IMG/VR virus record: IMGVR_UViG_3300032104_000068
Length of the DNA: 34,096 nucleotides
Source: a virus
Direction: 5' to 3' (one strand)
Position numbers and translations under genes: made by a program. Positions 20,160-29,908 of the stretch are shown here, piece after piece. The notes beneath the pieces were generated by a model. It did not search any database and was not told the origin of the DNA. It saw nothing but the letters and a program-made list of their open reading frames with translations. Every line of letters starts with the position of its first letter. Position 1 is the stretch's first letter.

Positions 20160-22877
20160 TCACCGTTTCCGGTTGTTCCGGTTTTCGATTGCAACCGTGG
20201 TGGCCTGGACAATCAACGGTAACAGGTTCAGGATTTCTTCCCGTGTGCTTTTTTTCACATCGCTGGTGAAGTTCATTTCAAGGTTCTGTGTAAACCCGCC
20301 ACCACCACCGCCGATAGCGGCGATGCCCAGGTTGCCCGCGCTGTCGCGCTTCAGCGGGACAATCGCTTCCGGTCCTTTTTCAGCTATGCTTGCCAACGGG
20401 AAAACCGTGGGGCCGGTAACAATCCCGCCCTTGGCGAACGGCACCGGCTTGCCGCCGCTGAAGACATTGCCTTGCGCTGACCCGAACAGACCAGGGAAAG
20501 CAAATGTAAGCCCTGCGTCAATCAGGGCAAAAATGATGCGTTGCAGAATAAAATCAGCAATCGACTTGGCCAAATCCTTCAAGCCCTCAAGCACGCCCTT
20601 GACGCCGGTGGCGATGTCCACAATGGTCCGGCCCACAAGCCGTGACACACCAAGGATAGTTTGTTTCAAGGCTTTCTGTGCGTCCGTCAGGATGCCTTTT
20701 GTCGCGCCCGCCAAAGTTTCCCGCAAACCCCCCAGGGCGCGTTGAAAAGTTTCCGCGTTGATGATTTCAGGAAACTCTTTGGCCAGCGCTATCAGTTCGG
20801 CAAAAGCAATATTGAACTGTTCCAGCGGGGTTCGGGTGGCGGTGAAAACCGCCTTCGCCTGGGCCATCCGCGTGTTGAACCCGGACGCTTCTTTTTCACC
20901 CTCAATAAATTCGGCAACCAAAAGTTGAAGCTGTTCGGTATATTCGGGAAGCCCGTTTACTGCTAGCACTTCTTTCAACAATGCCACTTCCGCTTTGAAG
21001 GTTTTCATCCGCGCTTCAGCAGGATTGAGCCGCTCCAGTAATTCCACCAAGTCATCGGATAATTCAATTACACCATCACCAAGGTCATCAATTTTATCAA
21101 CGGCATCCTTTGTCGTTTCCGCCATCACCGCCATTTTCGCCATGATTGACCCAATGGCAATTGCCCCCTCCGCAAGGTTCAAATCGGCAAGCGCCCGGAC
21201 CAGCCCTTCAATCCGCCGTTCCAGCCGCGCTGCTTCCGACTGTGCCGCTATCAAACCGGCAGTAACACCAAGCGGCCCGGCCCTGCCGCTCTCCCTTTTT
21301 TCCCTGGCCCGCACCGCCGCCAGTTCGCTTTCCAGCCTGACTTTTTCCCGCAAAACTTCAGCGCGGGTTTCAGCAATCACGGCTTGAGTTAATTTTTCTT
21401 CCTCAGTTTTAAGTTCTCCGGTCAAGGTTTTTATTTTTTCCAGCCGGGCATTTACTTCATCAAGAATGTCCCGATATCTTTCGTATGCCTCGGTTGCCAA
21501 ATCAGTTTTTTCACGCAGGGTTGCCATCACCGTGAAGACCCCGATAAGAATACCCGCCACAAGTAAAAGCGGATGCGCCGCTAAAGCCACCCGTAAAAAA
21601 CCGAAGACGGCCACCAAGCGGACTACAATCCCAAGCAAACTGCCGACCACCAAAAGCAACGGGCCGATTGCCGCCGTCAGCGCCAACATTTTAAACGTGG
21701 ATTGTTTTGCTTCATCGTTCATTTCGGCCCAAGAGCGTGATGCGTCCCGCAACACCTGGCCAAGCGATTTTATGCCTTCAAGCACAATCGGCAAGACATC
21801 CTTGCCAATCTGGTTCATCAGGGTTTGCATTTCCGCCATCCGGGCATTGAATTTGAACTCAGCGGTTTGCGCGGCCACGGCAAAAGCATCATTCAGGTCA
21901 ACCGCCGTGGCATTGGCCAGGCTCTTGAAAACTGTCTCAGTCTCAGCCGCCCGGTCGCCCACTAATTGCAACAGGCCGCGCAACGCCCGGACATTGGGGA
22001 AGACCTTGCCCAGGGCAATTTCATTCCCCTTGAACGCCTCAGCCAAGAGTTGTAATACGCCCAGGGTGCCTTCCGGCCCCTTGATGACATCCCGCAATTG
22101 TTCAAAAGATAACCCGACTTCATCAAGGGCGTCAGCCTGGTCGCTACCCTCCTTGGCCCCCTGGACAAGCGTGTTGAAAAATGCGCCAATGGTGGTGCCA
22201 GCTTCCTCAGCCGTGGAGCCGGTACGGGTTAGCAGGGCGATAATGGCCCCAATATCATTGAAGGTAGCCCCCAGGGCGGCGGCAATGCCCGTGACGCGCC
22301 CAATCGCCGCACCGATACTGTCGGCCGCCGCCTTGCCTTCCCGTACCGTGGCGACCAAGATACCAGCCGCATCACTGGCGGATAGCATCTGGCCTTGGAA
22401 CGCATTGACCGCTGACGTGACCGCATCGGCTACGGATACCACCGACCCCAATCCGGCTGATGCGGCCTTTGCTGACGCTTCCAGGGCTTCCAGGGCCGCC
22501 GCCCCTTCCAGGCCAGCGGACGTGATGAAGAACATCGCTTCCGCCAGCACGTTTGGTCCCTGGGCGACCGCCGGGCCAAGGGCGATGATTGCCTGTTCAT
22601 AGCCCCGGACTTCCTCAGCGGACCGACCAACAAGCCCCTGGATACGGGACAATGATGTTTCAAATTTTGTCGCTGATTTAACAAAGGCAAATCCCGCCGC
22701 GATGATGGGCGCGGTCAGGGCGATTGACATGGCCCGTCCCGCCGCTTTCATCCTGGTGGAAATTTGTTTGACGCTGGTGCTGAAAATGCCCCTGGCTTTT
22801 TTCATGTCGGCGCGCATCAGGGCCAAGTCGGCCCGGATTTCAACCAGTGCGTCACCAAGATTTGTATCAACCGGCAT
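20160..22877 (-). CDS. tape measure protein (905 aa)
   Basis: It is the largest ORF, Ala/Leu/Gly-rich and helical with internal TM-like segments. It lies directly after the tail chaperone pair. Confidence 0.85.
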   Translation of the reverse strand: MPVDTNLGDALVEIRADLALMRADMKKARGIFSTSVKQISTRMKAAGRAMSIALTAPIIAAGFAFVKSATKFETSLSRIQGLVGRSAEEVRGYEQAIIALGPAVAQGPNVLAEAMFFITSAGLEGAAALEALEASAKAASAGLGSVVSVADAVTSAVNAFQGQMLSASDAAGILVATVREGKAAADSIGAAIGRVTGIAAALGATFNDIGAIIALLTRTGSTAEEAGTTIGAFFNTLVQGAKEGSDQADALDEVGLSFEQLRDVIKGPEGTLGVLQLLAEAFKGNEIALGKVFPNVRALRGLLQLVGDRAAETETVFKSLANATAVDLNDAFAVAAQTAEFKFNARMAEMQTLMNQIGKDVLPIVLEGIKSLGQVLRDASRSWAEMNDEAKQSTFKMLALTAAIGPLLLVVGSLLGIVVRLVAVFGFLRVALAAHPLLLVAGILIGVFTVMATLREKTDLATEAYERYRDILDEVNARLEKIKTLTGELKTEEEKLTQAVIAETRAEVLREKVRLESELAAVRAREKRESGRAGPLGVTAGLIAAQSEAARLERRIEGLVRALADLNLAEGAIAIGSIMAKMAVMAETTKDAVDKIDDLGDGVIELSDDLVELLERLNPAEARMKTFKAEVALLKEVLAVNGLPEYTEQLQLLVAEFIEGEKEASGFNTRMAQAKAVFTATRTPLEQFNIAFAELIALAKEFPEIINAETFQRALGGLRETLAGATKGILTDAQKALKQTILGVSRLVGRTIVDIATGVKGVLEGLKDLAKSIADFILQRIIFALIDAGLTFAFPGLFGSAQGNVFSGGKPVPFAKGGIVTGPTVFPLASIAEKGPEAIVPLKRDSAGNLGIAAIGGGGGGFTQNLEMNFTSDVKKSTREEILNLLPLIVQATTVAIENRNNRKR

Positions 22878-23280
22878 GTTTTTCCTTTTCCCGTTTTATA
22901 TATGCTTTCATTGCGGCTTCATCCTGGGCTTTGCTGGTGGTGCCATCGCCTAATCTTTTTACGATTTCCTCGTAATCTTTTTTCTTTTGCGCCGCATCCG
23001 CCTTGATATGTTCTTCCAGCAGTTCACCGCTGAGCACATCTAAAAACCTTGCCAGCGGCGGCAAGCCTTTTTTGCTGAAGCCAGCCATCACCAGTGAGGA
23101 TGTCCACCATGCCTGGACAATAACAATTCTTTGAAGATGTTCGGCCTGGCCATAGACCATTTTGACAAACTGGCGCGGCGTCAGTTTCCAGAACTCCCAG
23201 GGCCTTAAGCCCAATGCGCCGTAAGCGATTGCTTCCCATTCAAGCCAAGGAAAAATTCCAGGTGGTGCAGCTTTTTTCAA
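22867..23280 (-). CDS. second tail-assembly chaperone ORF (RcGTA rcc01693-like), made by a -1 frameshift or TTG-coupled restart
   Basis: PWLEWEAIAYGALGLRPWEFWKLTPRQF matches the GTA-type motif (GL.P.eFW.lTP.e). The frame is -1 relative to the upstream chaperone. A GGGGAAAAAAG run sits at 23285-23295, and a TTG at 23280 overlaps the TGA. Confidence 0.6.
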   Translation of the reverse strand: MKKAAPPGIFPWLEWEAIAYGALGLRPWEFWKLTPRQFVKMVYGQAEHLQRIVIVQAWWTSSLVMAGFSKKGLPPLARFLDVLSGELLEEHIKADAAQKKKDYEEIVKRLGDGTTSKAQDEAAMKAYIKREKEKHAG

Positions 23281-23633
23281 GCCGCTTTTTTCCCCTTCTG
23301 GTTCTCCTTGGCTTTGGTAAAAGCTGGCACATCGGCGGTCTGGGGCATTGCTTCGTAGATTGCTTTCGTGCAGACAACCAATGCGCCCAACAAGGCACCA
23401 ATCTCGGCCCTCCCGACATCGGTTTCCGTGATGTCGGGTTGGTGATGCAAAGCCCCGGCCCAAACCAAGGTTATGATTGTTTTCATGGAAACCTTTTTTT
23501 TACCAAGAAGGGTCAGGAAATCATCAAAACTTTTGCATCCAAATCGGTCTTCAAGTTCACAGAAAGCATTTCCGTCATAGTACAGCTTCAAAGTTTTATC
23601 ATCCAACTTCAGGATGGTTGGTTGGGTTGTCAT
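23277..23633 (-). CDS. tail assembly chaperone (118 aa)
   Basis: It was trimmed to ATG 23633, preceded by GAAAGGAACG. It sits between the major tail and tape measure genes and reads LKLDDKTLKLYYDGNAFCELEDRFG. Confidence 0.65.
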   Translation of the reverse strand: MTTQPTILKLDDKTLKLYYDGNAFCELEDRFGCKSFDDFLTLLGKKKVSMKTIITLVWAGALHHQPDITETDVGRAEIGALLGALVVCTKAIYEAMPQTADVPAFTKAKENQKGKKAA

Positions 23634-23653
23634 GGCGGCGTTCCTTTCAACTA

Positions 23654-24055
23654 TCAGACAATTGCGCCCCAAGGACCATCAATGGTGCCGGCAATCGACA
23701 CAACTGAATTATCCTGGTCAGGATGATTTTCTGAAATGCTGGTCAAATAACCGTCAGCCTGTTCAATATCCGATCCCGCATCGCTACGCCTGATGCGGAT
23801 TTTTGTGCCCGCGCGGATTGCACTCTGAAGGGTGGTGAAAGCCGTTTCACTCCGCAAATAAGAAGCGTCAAGCTGGAAAGTTTGCTTGCGCCGTCCTGGA
23901 AGCATCTTGAAATCAGCACCATCAATTTTGTTGCTGATGTCAATTTCATCCACATTTTCATCAAAACTGATGCCACGCTGACCACCAACATCGGTGTAAA
24001 CATCCGGGCCGGTTCCTGTCCGAACAGCAAGTAAAATAACCGTTCCGTTAATCAT
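23654..24055 (-). CDS. major tail protein (TP901-1 / RcGTA g9-like), 133 aa
   Basis: The call rests on size, position and the pattern ILLAV..G......VGGQRGISFDENVDEIDISNK. The RBS is AAAGGAAC. Confidence 0.7.
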   Translation of the reverse strand: MINGTVILLAVRTGTGPDVYTDVGGQRGISFDENVDEIDISNKIDGADFKMLPGRRKQTFQLDASYLRSETAFTTLQSAIRAGTKIRIRRSDAGSDIEQADGYLTSISENHPDQDNSVVSIAGTIDGPWGAIV

Positions 24056-24078
24056 TTTCAGGTTCCTTTTTTGTCAAA

Positions 24079-24384
24079 TTAAAAAATAAGTCCAACAAGG
24101 ATTTCTTTGCCGGTAGCACAATGCAAACACAGTTGACCAGTCCCTTTATTGAAAATTGGCGGGGGAAACTTCCCGGCCACCACTACCGTCCCTGGCGGCA
24201 ATTTGATTTCAACAGTCTTCGGGTCCCGCTGGATTTTAACGGTCGCGGTTTTTTTTCCGGTGTTGTGGAACACCAGCACGCCGTGTCCATTATTGGCGAA
24301 TTTGGCAAAGCCAGCCCTGTCGAAGGGACTGGCGATGTCTTTCAAAAACATCCCGCCCGGCTCAAGTTTTACCATTCCAAACAT
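24079..24384 (-). CDS. hypothetical protein (101 aa)
   Basis: It was trimmed to ATG 24384, preceded by AAGAAAGGAC. Confidence 0.55.
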   Translation of the reverse strand: MFGMVKLEPGGMFLKDIASPFDRAGFAKFANNGHGVLVFHNTGKKTATVKIQRDPKTVEIKLPPGTVVVAGKFPPPIFNKGTGQLCLHCATGKEILVGLIF

Positions 24385-24400
24385 TTTAAAAAGTCCTTTC

Positions 24401-24811
24401 TTAAAGTTTATCAAGCATGAAAGTGACGGTCACAACCCGGCCATAATAACCATCACCATCGTTTACATGCGGTCCGCGAACACGGGTGATGACGTTGGTA
24501 AAATTGGCAATCGTCATCATCTTCCTGTGGAACAGCGCCCGGACCTTTTCCGCAATATCCTCCACAGTTCTGGCGTCCCCGTCAGCATCGGCATAACATT
24601 CAATGTCGCGGTCAACCTCACGCCCCTCTTGGGTCTTGTCATCAAAGGGAAGCTGGTTGATTTCACCGATGCTGACCAGGTAAGGGAACACGGCATTGCC
24701 GGGGACGTCCGAAGTGAAGATTGAAGGTGCCCCTTCGGTAGTGCCAAGTAAAGCCGTCAGGGGACCGTCCCCGTTCAGCACATCAAACACCGCTTTGGTC
24801 ATGTCGCTCAT
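24401..24811 (-). CDS. tail completion / terminator-like protein (DUF3168-like), 136 aa
   Basis: VFDVLNGDGPLTALLG...IFTSDVPGNAVFPYLVSIGE has the typical DUF3168-type N-terminus. The position fits. Confidence 0.5.
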   Translation of the reverse strand: MSDMTKAVFDVLNGDGPLTALLGTTEGAPSIFTSDVPGNAVFPYLVSIGEINQLPFDDKTQEGREVDRDIECYADADGDARTVEDIAEKVRALFHRKMMTIANFTNVITRVRGPHVNDGDGYYGRVVTVTFMLDKL

Positions 24812-25233
24812 CGTCTTCTGGCCCCAAAGATTTTCCTGATGACCGGAATGTTTTGCTTCAGGGCCGGACGCAAGAACGGCCTCTTGGTCCTTTGCTGATT
24901 TCCTTTCGTGCCCAATTCCAGCCTGCGGGCGTATATCACATTGGTCCCAACTTGGCCGGTGATGGTGGTGCCGCTATCAACAACCCGCGCGGCAATGCTG
25001 TTGAACAACCGCCCTTCCACTTTCTTGGGGGGTTCGCCGGGCTTGGATGGGTCCAGGCCAAATCGCCGACCCGCTGTTTTTCCTGATTTTACCACACCAA
25101 GCGGCTGACCCCTGGAAATCAAGGTCCGCGCGGTGCCCTTGACAAGTTCGACCGCCAGCGCCATCCGTTTAGAGACTTCACGTTTCAGTTTTGCTTCAAA
25201 CCGCTTTTGATGCCATCTAATCCGTGCCGCCAT
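24808..25233 (-). CDS. HK97 gp10-like head-tail joining protein (141 aa)
   Basis: RFEAKLKREVSKRMALAVELVKGTARTLI... together with its position indicates the gp10-type family. Confidence 0.55.
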   Translation of the reverse strand: MAARIRWHQKRFEAKLKREVSKRMALAVELVKGTARTLISRGQPLGVVKSGKTAGRRFGLDPSKPGEPPKKVEGRLFNSIAARVVDSGTTITGQVGTNVIYARRLELGTKGNQQRTKRPFLRPALKQNIPVIRKIFGARRR

Positions 25234-25234
25234 A

Positions 25235-25564
25235 TCATCCGCCTTCCTGGATTTCTTCCAGCAAAACCTTCAGGTGATGCGCCTTGCTAGGGGGTAACAG
25301 GGCCACCACGCTGAAGGTCGTGCCGTTGATGACAACAGTGTCCTTGCGCTTCACATCAATTCCGGCGTTCCAGTATGACGCATGGGTCACGGCGCGATTG
25401 TCCTTCACGGCAATTTGCCGGTCGGCAGAAGACGCGGCATGAACCCGGCAGGGGATATTCGTTTCAACGTCCGCCAAGGCCTCAGCAAAGCCCCCCTGGC
25501 CGGTGGCAGTACGTCCCACGCGTTTGATGGTGCCGGTATCCTTTAAAAGACCGCTCAGGGACAT
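25235..25564 (-). CDS. head-tail adaptor / head-closure protein (109 aa)
   Basis: L.DTGTIKRVGRTATGQGGFAE....ETNIPCRV ... HLKVLLEE is the typical head-tail joining pattern. Confidence 0.6.
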   Translation of the reverse strand: MSLSGLLKDTGTIKRVGRTATGQGGFAEALADVETNIPCRVHAASSADRQIAVKDNRAVTHASYWNAGIDVKRKDTVVINGTTFSVVALLPPSKAHHLKVLLEEIQEGG

Positions 25565-25567
25565 ACC

Positions 25568-26428
25568 TCACCCAATCCTTACCCAATGACGCAATGATGG
25601 GATTGACCCGAAAATGTCACCAACGCCCTGGTCAAAAAGTGTGCGGGCATAGTCCCCGATTTTTTCAGATTTGATTGCCGGGTCAGCGGCGCGGCTTTCA
25701 TGAAAATGAACCACCGCCTTGATGATTGCCAGTTCAATATCTTCAGGCAGATTGTTGACAGCCAGGGTGACGCTTGGCCCGGCGGCTTCCGTGACCAGGG
25801 CTTCCGCCACGGTGATTTTTGCGCTCGCTCGCGTGACCACGGTGAAGGTTCCGTTGTTGGCCCCATCAACAAACCCGGCCACCACAAAAGTATCACCGGC
25901 CACCAGCAAGGGAAACGTCCCGCTGGACAGATTGAAACTGTCATCCGTGCTGGACGCGCTGATGCTGGTACTGGCAATGTCATCATCCGGGACAAAATAA
26001 CCGGCTGAATAATCAATGTCATAATCGGGCAAGGACTGGTGCGGGTTGATGTCGCCGCCGATGGTCGCGGCATCCCGTGTGAAGGTATTGTTCCAAAGAT
26101 TGCGGTTCAATAAAATCCCGGCGTTAGCATCCTGAATTGAAATCTGTGACAGGTCTGTCACGGTTTCGGTTTTGTAGCGGACCGCTTCCAGCAACACCAC
26201 TGGCGTCAAATCCAGCAACAATTCCAGTTCACCAACGGACGATAAGGTTTCAGTTACAAAGCCCCGCACAAATGTCCGTCCGGTGAAGGTGCGGAAGACG
26301 CTGGATGCCTGGACAATCATCCGTTTCAGGATGGTATCACTGGCGCTTCCTGTAATGCTCAGGGCTTCCTTGACCGCTACCAGGCTGGTCAGGTTGGTGA
26401 ACAGGGGCTTTGTTCTGAATGTCAGCAC
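25568..26428 (-). CDS. gp6-like head-tail connector with a long C-terminal extension (286 aa)
   Basis: It starts with GTG immediately after the upstream TAG. The N-terminal LVAVKEALSITGSASDTILKRMIVQASSVFRTFTGRTF is the connector motif, and about 180 extra residues follow. Confidence 0.6.
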   Translation of the reverse strand: MLTFRTKPLFTNLTSLVAVKEALSITGSASDTILKRMIVQASSVFRTFTGRTFVRGFVTETLSSVGELELLLDLTPVVLLEAVRYKTETVTDLSQISIQDANAGILLNRNLWNNTFTRDAATIGGDINPHQSLPDYDIDYSAGYFVPDDDIASTSISASSTDDSFNLSSGTFPLLVAGDTFVVAGFVDGANNGTFTVVTRASAKITVAEALVTEAAGPSVTLAVNNLPEDIELAIIKAVVHFHESRAADPAIKSEKIGDYARTLFDQGVGDIFGSIPSLRHWVRIG

Positions 26429-26812
26429 CTATTTTGCCTGGGCCTTGGCCTCAGCTTCCTCTTTGGCCTTGGCTTCATCCAGGGCTTTCTGTGCGGCGGC
26501 ACCTTTCAACCTGGCCTTCCGGTCAGCCTCATTCTGCTTTTGTTTGGCCTTGGCCTCAGCGGCATTCTTGGCCGCATCTGCCTTGACATGCTTCTCATGG
26601 TTGGCCAGGGTTTCCCCCCATCCGCGCTTTGCAAAAGCCTGGCATTGTTCCTTGCTGAACCCGGCCACGTCACCGGGCATGTAATTCATGGCGGAACGTG
26701 AAAAACGGAATGATACCAAGTCCGGCCTGGTCGGGGCACTGTAATCCTTATGAAAGCGGTCACGGCGCTCCATTATACCGGGGCCTTCTTTTGGTGTTTT
26801 GTCTTCAGGCAT
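26429..26812 (-). CDS. hypothetical protein with Ala/Lys/Glu-rich C-terminal tail (127 aa)
   Basis: The RBS is GAAAGGAAG. The C-terminus reads KAKQKQNEADRKARLKGAAAQKALDEAKAKEEAEAKAQAK. Confidence 0.65.
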   Translation of the reverse strand: MPEDKTPKEGPGIMERRDRFHKDYSAPTRPDLVSFRFSRSAMNYMPGDVAGFSKEQCQAFAKRGWGETLANHEKHVKADAAKNAAEAKAKQKQNEADRKARLKGAAAQKALDEAKAKEEAEAKAQAK

Positions 26813-26893
26813 AGGTCTTCCTTTCGGTTTTAAACAAAAGGGGAAGGGGCAACGTCATGCCGACCCTTCCCCCTTTCGGTTTATTCCTTAGCT

Positions 26894-27304
26894 TTAAGCG
26901 GCTGGCAATACGTCAGCACCACCAAGGATGACAACCGCCGCGACATCCACTGTCGGCGCTGTGCCCCCGACAAAGGCAGTTATGACAACCGCCCGGATAA
27001 ACTCGTCAATCGCACCAAGGTCAACATTCTTGTTGCCGATGGTATCAATTGCGGTCAAGGCCGTGATTGCCGCTCCGGTAATGTCGGCGTAGGTGCCACC
27101 AACCGCATCGCTTGATTGCAGTTTACCATCAACCGTGAAGCTGGTTGGTGCGCCGGTTGTCGCGCCAGCGGCCACTACCAGGACGCAACTGTCAAACCCG
27201 TCACGGGAAAATCCCGTGCCATTGATGGTGGCACCGGCGCTGTTCTGTGGTGAAATCCCAATCAGGCTTTTCAGCAGGGCACCAATGTCATGTTTCACTT
27301 CCAT
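26894..27304 (-). CDS. putative capsid-associated / decoration protein (136 aa)
   Basis: It lies directly after the major capsid gene. It is Gly/Ala/Thr-rich and beta-like. The RBS is GAAAGGAACGG. Confidence 0.45.
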   Translation of the reverse strand: MEVKHDIGALLKSLIGISPQNSAGATINGTGFSRDGFDSCVLVVAAGATTGAPTSFTVDGKLQSSDAVGGTYADITGAAITALTAIDTIGNKNVDLGAIDEFIRAVVITAFVGGTAPTVDVAAVVILGGADVLPAA

Positions 27305-27347
27305 TTTTCCGTTCCTTTCTTGAGGTTTTTGTCAAACCGTTGTGCCC

Positions 27348-28766
27348 TTAATAGGTCACGCCGGTCATGACGCTGATGCTTTCGCTGTGCAAAGTGGCAA
27401 AATCAACGTGCAGGACCATGCGGATGACAGTTTCATTCCGGCTGAACCCGGACAGCAATGTTCCGGTGCTGTCGAGATAAGCGGCACCATCCACCACGGC
27501 AAGCGTGATTTCATCAACATTCGCAATCAACTGGTCTTCCATATCGGCCAGCAAGATTTCGGTTTCATTGGACCCGCCCCCAAGATTTGAGGGGATGTTG
27601 TTGGTGCTCCACCAGGGATGTCCTTCAAGCAACGGGGTTGACCCGCGCATTTCGGGGAAGACCCGGTTGCCGCCAGCGGCCTCACGCAAGGCACCGATGT
27701 TGCCACGCGAACGGGGCACGCCAAACCAGGCGGGTTTGACCATCCCGATGTCTTTGCCTTCCAGATTGGTAATCATGATGTTGACATCACTTTCAACATT
27801 GGCGGCAGTTGCGCCAGCCGTGGCGAATACGTTGCCAGCAAGCGCATGGTTCCGCATCCCCTTGGGCTGTGACAGCGTGCCAGAGCCGCGCAGGAACGCC
27901 ACATCTTCTGTCGTGCCCATGATGCGAAGTGCGTCATTCTGAGCCAACTGCATGGCCTTGCCAGAGGTATAGCGCAACAGTTCATTGGTGACAGGGATGA
28001 TGACCGTCAGCTTGTGCGCCACCAGTTTGATTTGACCAGTTTTTTGCTGTGACGCATTGGTGTTAGTGCCTTCCTCACCCCAAGTCGCGGTCGCACCGGC
28101 GGTCAGCTTGTCCATGCCGAAATTGCCGCGCGGAATTGTAACCATGCGCGGACCGGCACGCCGGACAACACTGGCCGGACGCAACAGGTCAATGATTTCT
28201 TCCGCCATATCTTCACGGACTGTTGACCCGCCGGCATCAAAGACAGTGGACAACAAAGATTTTTCCAGGCTGTCCTTCAGCTTTTCATCGCTGATATTTT
28301 CAATGAAATAAGATGCGCCATAGGGATTGAATTTGTGCATGACATGAACCGCCAGCAATTTGCCAAAGCGTGTTTTTGCCTGGTCTTCCTCACTTTCCTT
28401 CCCGATGTCATTGAACTTTTCAACCTCGGCCTTGGAAACACCGCCCTTGAGAACGGCAATGTTTTTGTCGGTGAAGCCTTTTTCTTTTACGGCATCATCA
28501 ACCGTGTCCTTGACGGTTTTCTTCAGGTCCGTCATGAACTTTTCGGCGTCAAAATCATCGGCCGGAGTTGTTTTGACCATTGGTTTTTTCTTGCCATCGG
28601 CTTCATCGGTCTTAGGTTTGGCCGCTGAGATTGCCTCAAGTTCGGTGATGTCCGCCTTAAGACCCTTCAGTTTTTCGGTTTGTTCATCCGTTGCCGCATC
28701 ACCAAGCTTGTCAACGTCCGCCTGTAATTTGGCAAGTACGGCTTTAAGCCTTTCCAGAATTTTCAT
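27348..28766 (-). CDS. major capsid protein, HK97 fold, with N-terminal delta-like coiled-coil region (472 aa)
   Basis: It follows the prohead protease. The N-terminus is coiled-coil for about 150 aa, followed by typical HK97-family blocks (…LRPASVVRRAG…TIP…, …AFLRGSG…QPKG…). Confidence 0.9.
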   Translation of the reverse strand: MKILERLKAVLAKLQADVDKLGDAATDEQTEKLKGLKADITELEAISAAKPKTDEADGKKKPMVKTTPADDFDAEKFMTDLKKTVKDTVDDAVKEKGFTDKNIAVLKGGVSKAEVEKFNDIGKESEEDQAKTRFGKLLAVHVMHKFNPYGASYFIENISDEKLKDSLEKSLLSTVFDAGGSTVREDMAEEIIDLLRPASVVRRAGPRMVTIPRGNFGMDKLTAGATATWGEEGTNTNASQQKTGQIKLVAHKLTVIIPVTNELLRYTSGKAMQLAQNDALRIMGTTEDVAFLRGSGTLSQPKGMRNHALAGNVFATAGATAANVESDVNIMITNLEGKDIGMVKPAWFGVPRSRGNIGALREAAGGNRVFPEMRGSTPLLEGHPWWSTNNIPSNLGGGSNETEILLADMEDQLIANVDEITLAVVDGAAYLDSTGTLLSGFSRNETVIRMVLHVDFATLHSESISVMTGVTY

Positions 28767-28798
28767 TTGATTTTTCCTTTCAAAATCAATCGGTTAGA

Positions 28799-29908
28799 TT
28801 ATGCTTTCTTCATGGCGTCTTTCACAGCGTTTAAAACAACGGTTGTGATTTCCGCCTGAGTTGGCATCTGTACGCTCTTGGATTTTGCGGCACCGTGCGG
28901 CACCTTGAGATTTGCCATAGCACGGGCGACCAAATCTTGCAACTCCTCTTGCCCCTCATTGCTTTCCCTGACTTCCAGCATCACGGCGTCGAGTTGTTTT
29001 TTAAACCCCCGGACTTCAGCCATCAGGTCAGCAAGTGTCGGGGCTTTTTTCGGCTTTGTTTTTTTCTCAGGCATAGGGAAAAAAGGCAACGGTCCGCCTT
29101 CGTCAGCAATGATGCCGCGCTGTGACTTGACTACTTCCAGCACCTTGGTTTTCAATTTTTCAAGCCATTCATCCTCAAAGCTGTCCAGGTCTTTTTTCAC
29201 ATGGTCCATGACTTCACCGGCCAGTTTTTTGGTGCCAAAGGTGTAGGTGACTTCGCCTTCCAGGGTGTTTTTCCGTACCAGTTCAACCTGATGCCGGGAA
29301 ATGGGCAGGTCATTTTTCACGGTCTTCCATTCATCCAGCGTGCGCCGCGCCCATTCATTCATCGGCTTCAGGTCAATGCCCTTGGCCCGCGCCTGGATTA
29401 AGGCTTCCGGGTTCGACGGTACGTTGACCAGGGAAAATTCCAGCAGTTCCTGCTCAATGAAATCAATCCCGCCCCGGTCATTATTGTGCTCATGGCGCCT
29501 GGAAACAAATCCAACCGATGTGGTGTTCAGAAAACCGCCAGCCAGCAATTTAAACGTCATGAAGCCAAATTCATGTTCATCCTTTTCAGTGAATTTCGTG
29601 GCCAGGCTGACCAGTTTGCCGCCCTGGACCTTGACCTGCCGGGCCTGGGCGATTGCCGGGATGCGATGGTCATGCGCCCATAACACCACCGGGTTCTTTT
29701 TGAAGTGGGTCAACTCCCAACCCTTGACACTGATGGTATCGCCATCCCGGTCAACATCGCCAGTGGAAATAATGAAGTCAACGGTCCGCTTGTCCTGGTC
29801 AATGCCCCGAATATAACCGGGTTCAGCATATTGCTTGATAAGCATTGCCCCCTTGGGCGTCATGATGGTGTCGCTTTTCAGGTCGCTTGAATAAAGAAAT
29901 TTTGTCAT
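28799..29908 (-). CDS. prohead serine protease (HK97 / S78 type) with C-terminal scaffold-like region (369 aa)
   Basis: DFIISTGDVDRDGDTISVKGW...NPVVLWAHD...TSVGF...LLEFSLVNVPSNPEAL carries the S78 motifs. The C-terminal half is helical and charged. Confidence 0.85.
   Translation of the reverse strand: MTKFLYSSDLKSDTIMTPKGAMLIKQYAEPGYIRGIDQDKRTVDFIISTGDVDRDGDTISVKGWELTHFKKNPVVLWAHDHRIPAIAQARQVKVQGGKLVSLATKFTEKDEHEFGFMTFKLLAGGFLNTTSVGFVSRRHEHNNDRGGIDFIEQELLEFSLVNVPSNPEALIQARAKGIDLKPMNEWARRTLDEWKTVKNDLPISRHQVELVRKNTLEGEVTYTFGTKKLAGEVMDHVKKDLDSFEDEWLEKLKTKVLEVVKSQRGIIADEGGPLPFFPMPEKKTKPKKAPTLADLMAEVRGFKKQLDAVMLEVRESNEGQEELQDLVARAMANLKVPHGAAKSKSVQMPTQAEITTVVLNAVKDAMKKA

Noticed and set aside
21466-22602. 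A 378-aa plus-strand ORF, with similar long antisense ORFs at 20173-20745 and 20995-21387.
   Set aside because: They lie antisense inside the strongly supported tape measure gene. Their products are low-complexity Ser/Ala/Arg/Pro-rich, have no RBS, and are typical shadow ORFs of an Ala/Leu/Gly-rich gene.
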